64,000 nt of DNA from Planctomycetota bacterium. GTDB taxonomy: Bacteria; Planctomycetota; UBA1135; GCA-002686595. The stretch spans positions 25,496 to 89,495 of the forward strand of contig JBGASC010000018.1 in the NCBI GenBank assembly GCA_044229935.1. The letters are read 5' to 3'. Position numbers and translations under genes: made by a program. Below the pieces are notes generated by a model. The model was not told where the DNA came from. It worked only from the letters and a program-made list of their open reading frames with translations, and did not search any database. Positions 55,887 to 64,000 of this stretch are shown piece after piece. The first letter of the stretch is position 1. Each line of letters starts with the position of its first letter.

Positions 55887-56026
55887 GCTGTAGGAGCTCC
55901 GATCGTGGAGGGAAATGAGAGCGGTTCACTGCGTGCTCGCCCGCAAGGCGAGCCTGCTCGGGGGGAGCGCGTGCCGTTCGCTGCGGGCTGCGCCTGGGAC
56001 GCTCGCGGCTGCGCGCGACTGCCGGG

Positions 56027-56980
56027 TCAGATGCGTTCGGCATCCAGTCGCTGCGTGAGCTCGCTCAGCCGGAACGGCCGGGCGTGCTCGAGGCGGGCCA
56101 ACGGCGGCGCGATCTGGCAGTACGGATCGCGCACGCAATACCAACCTCGCACGGGGCGAGCCGTGCGTGCGCCGTCGATGACGATCGGTGGCAGCCGCTC
56201 GTGGAAGAACTTCACTGTCTGCCACAGGTGCTCGGGCGAGGTGTTCCGCTCGTGCGCGCCCGGCGCGAGGTCGATGCCGGCCGCGTCGTACGCGAGTTGG
56301 ACGAACGCGGAACAGTAGACGGCGTGGCCCTGGGCGAGCGGATTGGGCTGGTTCGCGCGATTCGTCAGATACGCGTACCAGGTGCCGAGCAATCCGAGGA
56401 TGTCGTAGTGCAACTGGTCGACGTCGGGATCGTCGGCGCGATCGAGAATCGCCGTGCGCTCGTCGCGCGTCAGTCCGATCGCGATGATCGCGACGTTCGG
56501 ACAGGAGTGCGCCGCGAAGGGATCGAAGCGTGCGCGCGAGTACTCGCCGATCCGACGCGGCCCGACGCCATTGCGGTCCGTGAAGCGGTTGAAGGCGGTC
56601 GCCGGTTCGAGCGTGCTCTCCCAGATCCAAGGCGAGTTCCGCGGATCGCGGTTCGCCTTCGCATCCGCAGACAACGGCTGTGCGAGCAGGAAGGCATGCG
56701 ACCAGTAGGAGGGCGTGTGGTCGACACGCAGGACCTCGAGGGCGCGCCGGATGCCGTATCCGATCAATCCGAACTCGCCGAGGAGTCCGATGCACCCGAT
56801 CCCGCCGGCATCGAAGTACGCCCCGGTGACGGGGTCCGCCGCCGCCTCGGACAGCCGGGTGCGAACCTCCGCGAGGAACTCCGCGTTGTCGCGCCGGAGG
56901 AACGGCTCGGTCAGGTCGACGAGCTCGGGGTTGACGGGGCTTCCGCGGACGTAGCGCAGGATGGTGTTGACGTTCGGCAT
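56027..56980 (-). CDS. candidate permuted papain-like (NlpC/P60 superfamily, C92-like) hydrolase
   Basis: ATG 56980 lies within the over-extended ORF 56027-57679. The product is 317 aa. A His context (SYWSHAFLL) precedes a Cys context (HAVYCSAFVQLAYDAAG), as in permuted papain folds. Confidence 0.45.
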   Translation of the reverse strand: MPNVNTILRYVRGSPVNPELVDLTEPFLRRDNAEFLAEVRTRLSEAAADPVTGAYFDAGGIGCIGLLGEFGLIGYGIRRALEVLRVDHTPSYWSHAFLLAQPLSADAKANRDPRNSPWIWESTLEPATAFNRFTDRNGVGPRRIGEYSRARFDPFAAHSCPNVAIIAIGLTRDERTAILDRADDPDVDQLHYDILGLLGTWYAYLTNRANQPNPLAQGHAVYCSAFVQLAYDAAGIDLAPGAHERNTSPEHLWQTVKFFHERLPPIVIDGARTARPVRGWYCVRDPYCQIAPPLARLEHARPFRLSELTQRLDAERI

Positions 56981-56988
56981 GGGTGCGG

Positions 56989-58803
56989 TCAGTTCAGGTC
57001 GAAGGATCCCTCGGCCAGCCGGTAGGGGAGAACGGGCGCTTGCGCGTCGCACGACCACAAGCTTGCCCGCGCCCTCAACGCGGACCCGGAAAGCTGTGTG
57101 CCGCCCTGCAGGGAGAGCAACGTGTACGTGCTCGTGCCGTTTCTCGCGTAGATGCGCTGCCAGGCGGCCTTGGGCCGGCCGTCGCGCGTTGCGAAGGTGC
57201 CCGAGGCGTCGTCGACGTCCCGGCTGCCCTTGTCCTGCGCGATGCGCGCCAGCGGCGACGCGATCAGCTCGTACACGCTGCGCTGCGCGCGATCCGGTCT
57301 CGACACGCGGTAGAGCCGGCTCCAGTGGATGTCCCCGGAGACGATCAGGACGTCGTGCGGTGCCTCGAACACGCTCTCCCACAGCGCAGCGAAGTCGTCC
57401 TCGTAGTCGGGGAGGTTGTTGTCGCCCATCGTGTGCAGGGTCCGCGAGAACCAGCCGTTGCGCTTCTCGACCATCGGCTGCGACACGAACAGGAGCCCGG
57501 GAGCGGGCAACCCGCGCAGCCAGTCCCGCGCGGACTGCAGCCAATCCGGCTGGGTGAAGTGCGGACCGCCGAGAGGTTCCTCGCGGTCGAAGCGCGTGCG
57601 CTCCGTGCGCGTGTCGAGCAGGAAAATCGGCACCGGGGAGTCGACGAGTTCGAGCGTGCGGCCGTGCTGGAGGATCCAATCCGGCGTGACGGGGTTCGGT
57701 GCCGTCAGCCAGGTGCGCGCATCGATGTTGAGCGCGAACTGGAAGATCGCGAGGGCCGTGCGGGCTGCCTCCTCGAGCTGGGAGCCCGTGCGAGCGAACG
57801 GGAGCCAGACGTTGTAGTGAGGGTAGTCGTTCCAGAGCTCGTGATCGTCCGCCATCGTCAGCGTCGGCGACCTGCGCCAGAAGCCCGCGAAGTGATCACT
57901 CTCCCATTGACGCTCGTATTGCCTTCGAACGTCGGGGATCGAAGTGCGGAAGAGGTAGGGGGAGCCCGTGTCGGGATCGAAGTCCGCGTAGATCTGGTCG
58001 CCGAGCAGGAACCGCATGTGAACCGGATTCGAGTCCGCGCGAATCTCCGCCGGCTCGGGGCTCGCTCGGAGTTTCCCGCGGTCCTCGTACGCGCTGTAGC
58101 ACGTGCCGAGCTGGATGTTGAACGGCACGTCGAGGCGCAGTGCGACCGGGAGGGTGCGCGTCGAGCAGGAGTGCTGCGTTCTCTCTGGGTCGGCCACGCG
58201 GAGCGTGTAGGCGCTGTCCGGCCGGGCGCCGTCGAGGGCAGCGACCGCGATGTAGCGCCCCTTGACGTCCTGGATGCGGACCAGGCACGACGGATCCACG
58301 CGTCCGTCGGGACCGTCGATGATCGGCTGCCCCGGGGTGCCGGAACGCGAGTACATCCACCAGGTCACCCCGCGCGAGGTGGGACGTCCGGGCGCGAGGA
58401 TCACCGCGGCCTCCCCGCCGGCGGACGTGCGGGCGCGGCCTGATTCGCCTCCGAGCTCCGGCAGGAGCCAGTCGCAGCAGGCGCGTGCCGCTGCAGCTTC
58501 GAACTCCTCGCGCGGCACGTCCACGGGTGCCGGGTCGATCTCGAGCTCGATCGAATTCCGTCGCGGGCAGGACGGAATCGGCGCGGCCGGAGACGGCCTG
58601 TGGATCTGGCGCGGATCGGGAAGTGGCGAGCCATGCGTGCGGAATCTGGATGGGGCCGGAGTCCAGCGTGTGAATGCGCTGGAAGTGCGATTCACACGCG
58701 CGGGAGCATACTCGCCAAGCTCCAAACGCACAATCGCGGTGGAGCGGTCCGCGCGGATTTCGATTCGAAGCAGCCGACGAATGTCGGGCCGTCGCGTCGA
58801 CAT
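56989..58803 (-). CDS. PhoD-like metallophosphatase; start uncertain
   Basis: Motifs FLLGDQIYAD, ADDHELWNDYP and VSGDIHWSRLY are present, preceded by a beta-sandwich-like segment. No signal peptide was seen at the listed start. Confidence 0.65.
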   Translation of the reverse strand: MSTRRPDIRRLLRIEIRADRSTAIVRLELGEYAPARVNRTSSAFTRWTPAPSRFRTHGSPLPDPRQIHRPSPAAPIPSCPRRNSIELEIDPAPVDVPREEFEAAAARACCDWLLPELGGESGRARTSAGGEAAVILAPGRPTSRGVTWWMYSRSGTPGQPIIDGPDGRVDPSCLVRIQDVKGRYIAVAALDGARPDSAYTLRVADPERTQHSCSTRTLPVALRLDVPFNIQLGTCYSAYEDRGKLRASPEPAEIRADSNPVHMRFLLGDQIYADFDPDTGSPYLFRTSIPDVRRQYERQWESDHFAGFWRRSPTLTMADDHELWNDYPHYNVWLPFARTGSQLEEAARTALAIFQFALNIDARTWLTAPNPVTPDWILQHGRTLELVDSPVPIFLLDTRTERTRFDREEPLGGPHFTQPDWLQSARDWLRGLPAPGLLFVSQPMVEKRNGWFSRTLHTMGDNNLPDYEDDFAALWESVFEAPHDVLIVSGDIHWSRLYRVSRPDRAQRSVYELIASPLARIAQDKGSRDVDDASGTFATRDGRPKAAWQRIYARNGTSTYTLLSLQGGTQLSGSALRARASLWSCDAQAPVLPYRLAEGSFDLN

Positions 58804-58875
58804 TCCAGAATGAGACCTTGGGGACTGCGGATCCCGCCTGGAATGGCCCTACCCGCCGGCGTTGCGCGCCACGGG

Positions 58876-59151
58876 TCAGTCCTTCTTGAGCAGCGTGTAG
58901 ATGCCGATCGCGATGAAGCCGATGCCGGCGATGTAGCGCAGGAGCGTGGGCGAGAGGGCTTTGCCGAGGGCGGCGCCGGCGAGCACGCCGAGGGCAGAGG
59001 TCGTGACCAGCGCGAGCGAGGCGGCGAGGAAGACGTTCCAGCGCGAGTGGCGCGCGTCGGCGGCGAAGAGGAGCGTCGAGAGTTGGGTCTTGTCGCCGAG
59101 TTCGGCGACGAAGACGGAGGAGAAGATGGTGGCGAAGGCGGACCAGTTCAT
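58876..59151 (-). CDS. UPF0016 (GDT1/TMEM165) family, single-repeat half-size protein
   Basis: 91 aa with the E-x-G-D-K-T signature (AELGDKTQ) and three hydrophobic segments. Confidence 0.78.
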   Translation of the reverse strand: MNWSAFATIFSSVFVAELGDKTQLSTLLFAADARHSRWNVFLAASLALVTTSALGVLAGAALGKALSPTLLRYIAGIGFIAIGIYTLLKKD

Positions 59152-59166
59152 GGGCGGGCTCGCGGG

Positions 59167-60798
<1,632 letters not shown>

Positions 60799-60938
60799 GG
60801 GGGTGTCCGGGGGTGCGAGGTCGAGCCGGGGAGTATCCCAACGTGACGCGTGCAGGTCGAGGCCGCGCTCCGATCTTCCCCTCCGGTGCGCCGGCGTTCA
60901 TCATGTGCGACCCGCACCCCCCAACTCGGAGTCGATCC

Positions 60939-61757
60939 ATGACCGTCCGCACGCACCTCCTGCTCCCCGCACTGGCCTCGCTCGCGCTCGCCTCCTCCTG
61001 CGCCACCACGCCGAAGGCGGAGCCCGCGGCCGGCGAGAACGCGGCGGCCGAAGCGCCCGCGCAGAAGCCCGAGGCCGGCGCCGACGAGGAGAAGGAGTCG
61101 CCGCAGAAGCAGCTCGACAAGAAGCGCTTCGAGCTCGACTGCAAGCGCCTGGAGGCGCGCATCGAGCGCCTGGAGCGCGAGGCCGCGACGCGCGAGGCCA
61201 AGGACGACGTCGACGAGGCCGAGTTCGAGCGCAGCCAGGTGCAGAAGGAGCTCGAGAACTTCCAGAAGGTCACGAAGGTGCACGAGATCGAGGAGGCGCA
61301 GCTGGACCTCGAGCGCGGCGAGGAACACCTGAAGGAGCAGCAGCAGGAGCTCGACGAGCTGTTGGCGATGTACAAGAACGACACCTTCGCCGACCTGACC
61401 AAGGAGCTCGTGGTCAACCGCCACAAGGCCGCGATCGAGTTCGCGCGGCGCGGGCGCGACCTCGAGAAGCGCGCCTTCGAGAACAAGCGCGACTTCGAGC
61501 TGGCGCAGAAGGAGGCCGAGCTCGCGCAGAAGCTCGTCAAGGCCGAGCACGGCGTGCGCGAGGCGAAGGCCAAGCAGGAGCGTTCGAAGCAGGAGACCGA
61601 TCTCAAGAACAAGAAGACCGAGCACGAGCTCGACGAGCTCGAGGCCGAGGTCAAGAAGCTCGACGAGAAGGTCAAGGCCGCGAAGGCCGCCGAGAAGCCC
61701 GCGCCCAAGCCCGCCGAGCCCAAGAAGGACGAGAAGAAGAAAGAGGAGAAGAAGTGA
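60939..61757 (+). CDS. lipoprotein with long Glu/Lys-rich coiled coil
   Basis: ATG 60939 (M43 of the track ORF) gives a lipobox-like LALASSC. The body is highly charged and helical, with a KKDEKKKEEKK tail. Confidence 0.68.
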   Translation: MTVRTHLLLPALASLALASSCATTPKAEPAAGENAAAEAPAQKPEAGADEEKESPQKQLDKKRFELDCKRLEARIERLEREAATREAKDDVDEAEFERSQVQKELENFQKVTKVHEIEEAQLDLERGEEHLKEQQQELDELLAMYKNDTFADLTKELVVNRHKAAIEFARRGRDLEKRAFENKRDFELAQKEAELAQKLVKAEHGVREAKAKQERSKQETDLKNKKTEHELDELEAEVKKLDEKVKAAKAAEKPAPKPAEPKKDEKKKEEKK

Positions 61758-62998
61758 GCGCGCTGCTGCTCGCGCTCGCGCTCGCGCTGCAGGCGGCTCC
61801 GGCGCCCGCCAACGCGCAAGCCGGCAATGCTCCCGCCGCGCAGGGCGATCCCGTGATGGCGCGGCCGGTCGCGCCGCTGGGCGCGGACGAGGCGCGCACG
61901 GTCGAGCACCGCGCGGTCGGCTGGATCCTCGGCAAGCAGAACGCCGACGGCTCGTGGGGCAGCGACAACCCGGTCTCGCTCTGGGAGCAGAACTACTCCA
62001 AGGCCAGCTTCTACGCCTGGCAGATGGCGGGCGATGCGCTCTGCTGCCAGGCGCTGATGGTCGTCGACGAGACGCCGCAGGTGCGCGAGGCGCTCGAGAA
62101 GGCGCTCCTGTGGGTCGTCACGCAGCCGATCCCCAAGCGCGGCGACCACTGGGACATCGACAGCACCTGGCCCGCGCTGATGGGCTTCAACTGCATGGTC
62201 CAGGCGGCCAGCGATCCGCGCTTCCAGACGGCCGAGTGGCAGCAGAAGATCCACGCGCGCGCGCTCGAGTGGAACAGCTACCTCGCCGCGACGCAGGATC
62301 CCTTCGGGGGCTGGGGCTACTACGAGGGACCGGTGGTCTCGCGCCGTCCGACCTGGTCGACCAGCTTCGCCACCTCGAGCGTGATCCCCGCGCTGCTCGA
62401 CGCGCCGAAGCTCGGCTGGCCGGTCGACCCGAAGATGACCGAGCGCGCGGTCGCGTACGTCAACAAGTGCCGCCTGCCGAGCGGAGCCTTCGAGTACTCC
62501 TTCTCGGTGATCCCCGATCCGGGCGCGCGCGAGAACATCAACAACGTCAAGGGCAGCCTCGGCCGCATCCAGGCCTCGCACTGGGCGCTGCGCATGGCGG
62601 GCGACAAGACGATCACCGACGAGCGCATTCGCTGGGGCCTCGAGCAGTTCTTCCAGAACCACAAGTTCCTCGACGCGGCCTACCAGCGACCGATCCCGCA
62701 CGAGGCGTACTACGCCAATGCCGGCTACTTCTACTTCTTCGGGCACTACCACGCCGCGCGCGCGATCAACTGCCTGCCCGAGGCGGAGCAGGAGAGCTGG
62801 CACGCGAAGCTGCGCGCGGAGATCGCCAAGGCGCAGCAGAAGGACGGCTCGATGGCCGACTTCATCGGTTCGTTCTACAGCTGGACCTACGCGACGAGCT
62901 TCAGCGTGATGGCGCTCGAGCTCGGCCTGCACCCCGAGCGCTTCGCGCGCCCCAAGGACGCCGCCGCGCCGACCTCGAAGGCAGCCCCCGCGAAATGA
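61754..62998 (+). CDS. secreted prenyltransferase/squalene-oxidase-repeat (alpha/alpha-toroid) protein
   Basis: GTG 61754 overlaps the upstream TGA. It has a signal-like LLLALALALQAAPAPANA and repeat turns ADGSWGSDN, DPFGGWGYYEG, LPSGAFEYS and KDGSMADF. Confidence 0.68.
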   Translation: MSALLLALALALQAAPAPANAQAGNAPAAQGDPVMARPVAPLGADEARTVEHRAVGWILGKQNADGSWGSDNPVSLWEQNYSKASFYAWQMAGDALCCQALMVVDETPQVREALEKALLWVVTQPIPKRGDHWDIDSTWPALMGFNCMVQAASDPRFQTAEWQQKIHARALEWNSYLAATQDPFGGWGYYEGPVVSRRPTWSTSFATSSVIPALLDAPKLGWPVDPKMTERAVAYVNKCRLPSGAFEYSFSVIPDPGARENINNVKGSLGRIQASHWALRMAGDKTITDERIRWGLEQFFQNHKFLDAAYQRPIPHEAYYANAGYFYFFGHYHAARAINCLPEAEQESWHAKLRAEIAKAQQKDGSMADFIGSFYSWTYATSFSVMALELGLHPERFARPKDAAAPTSKAAPAK

Positions 62999-63768
62999 AC
63001 GCCGTCAGCGAACTCCTCGCCGCGCGCTTGCGCGCCGACCTCAGCCCGCAAGCCTGGAGCTGGCTCGAGGGCGCGGCCGCCGAGCTCGCGCGCGGCGCGA
63101 GCGTCGAGCGCTTCTGCGCCCTGCTCTCGCTCGCCAGCCGCTACGTGCCGCGCCGCGGCGTGTGTGCCTGGACGTCCGCCGATCGCGCGCGCGCGACGGC
63201 GCTGGTCGAAGGCTGGAACCCCGAGCGCGGGACGAAGCTCGAGAGCGCGCGCGCGCTGCTCGTGCTCGCGCGCAGCGACCTCGCGACGCCGGCGGGAGCG
63301 GCTGCGGTCGAGGAGGCCTTCCGCTACGCCGACATGGGCGAATGGTGCGCGCTCTACAAGGTGCTCGCGCTGCTGCCCCAGCCCCAGCGCTTCGTCTGGC
63401 GCGCGGGCGAAGGCTGCCGCAGCAGCATGAAGTCGGTCTTCGAGTCGGTCGCCTGCGACAATCCGCTGCCCGTGCGCCACTTCGACGACGTCGCGTGGAG
63501 GCAGATGCTGATCAAGGCGCTCTTCGTCGAGGCGCCGCTGGAGCGCGTCTTCGGCCTCGAGGCGCGTCTGGACGGCGAGACCGCGCGCATGGCGCTCGAC
63601 CTCGCCGACGAGCGCCGCAGCGCCGGACGTCCGGTCAACCCCGACAGCTGGCGCCTGGTCGCGAACTTCGGCGGCGCGCGCGGGATCGCCTCGCTCGAGC
63701 GCGAGCTCGCCTCCGGCACGAGCGCGGGCAAGGCCGCCGCATCCGCCGTGCTGGCGCGCCTGCGCTGA
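62995..63768 (+). CDS. eboA: EboA-like protein (first gene of an ebo cluster)
   Basis: ATG 62995 overlaps the upstream TGA. The product is 257 aa. The call rests mainly on position directly before an EboB-type TatD gene, plus a remembered family resemblance. Confidence 0.5.
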   Translation: MNAVSELLAARLRADLSPQAWSWLEGAAAELARGASVERFCALLSLASRYVPRRGVCAWTSADRARATALVEGWNPERGTKLESARALLVLARSDLATPAGAAAVEEAFRYADMGEWCALYKVLALLPQPQRFVWRAGEGCRSSMKSVFESVACDNPLPVRHFDDVAWRQMLIKALFVEAPLERVFGLEARLDGETARMALDLADERRSAGRPVNPDSWRLVANFGGARGIASLERELASGTSAGKAAASAVLARLR

Positions 63769-63785
63769 TGGAGTAGGGTAGTGCC

Positions 63786-64000
63786 ATGCGCTTCTTCGAC
63801 CCGCACATCCACCTGACCAGCCGCACGACCGACGACCTCGAGGCGATGGCCAAGGCCGGCGTGCGCGCGGTGATCGAGCCGGCCTTCTGGCTGGGCCAGC
63901 CGCGCACGCAGAAGGGCTCCTTCGTCGACTACTTCTCCAGCCTCGTCGGCTGGGAACGCTTCCGGGCCTCGCAGTTCGGCATCGCGCACTACTGCGCGAT
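63786..64000 (+). CDS. eboB: TatD-family hydrolase, EboB type, 3'-truncated by the window edge
   Basis: MRFFDPHIHLTSRTTDDLEAMAKAGVRAVIEPAFWLGQPRT matches the EboB-type TatD N-terminus as I recall it. Confidence 0.65.
   Translation, partial: MRFFDPHIHLTSRTTDDLEAMAKAGVRAVIEPAFWLGQPRTQKGSFVDYFSSLVGWERFRASQFGIAHYCA

Noticed and set aside
59152-59166. A yybP-ykoY type Mn2+ riboswitch upstream of the UPF0016 gene.
   Set aside because: Only 15 nt separate it from the pruA stop, far too short for the riboswitch.

Overview
This is a high-GC bacterial chromosomal window; hand counts of typical 60-nt lines give about 75% G+C. Gene content suggests a Gram-negative, envelope-rich lineage (Planctomycetota- or Myxococcota-like), but the taxon cannot be set from sequence alone. 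I call about 60 genes. All product names come from motif recognition by eye, and no database search was run. Start codons were re-derived where the ORF track over-extends, which is common at this GC. Housekeeping content: pyrH (5' partial), frr, two tRNA-Lys, tRNA-Glu, pepP, an NfeD/flotillin pair, a Xer recombinase, MFS-pabB-pabC, xseA, nadA and pruA. There is also a complete kdp locus: a micro-ORF, kdpF, kdpA, kdpB, kdpC and an outer-membrane barrel, divergent from kdpD-kdpE and a coupled cupin gene. Accessory content worth a second look: (1) A 9.3-kb tandem array of four divergent paralogs encodes exported HEAT/ARM-like repeat proteins. They share a Trp-rich N-terminal block and a near-invariant C-terminal tail, and a divergently transcribed M50 (site-2-protease type) metalloprotease interrupts the array. 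(2) Two adjacent secreted proteins share an unrecognised six-Cys C-terminal domain. (3) A one-polypeptide ECF sigma factor is fused through a TM helix to a duplicated extracytoplasmic module, next to a 7-bladed PD40 propeller. (4) A lower-GC island (about 52.4-58.9 kb) carries a beta-helix gene with a decayed PA14 remnant, a secreted beta-rich protein, and a permuted-papain-like plus PhoD-like gene pair. (5) The 5' end of an ebo (eboA/eboB) cluster is preceded by two translationally coupled extra genes, and an EboE-like gene lies 54 kb away. (6) Two neighbouring genes are frame-disrupted: a GT2 glycosyltransferase at a (GC)n tract, and a secreted protein with an internal TGA. No CRISPR array, transposase or prophage signature was seen.
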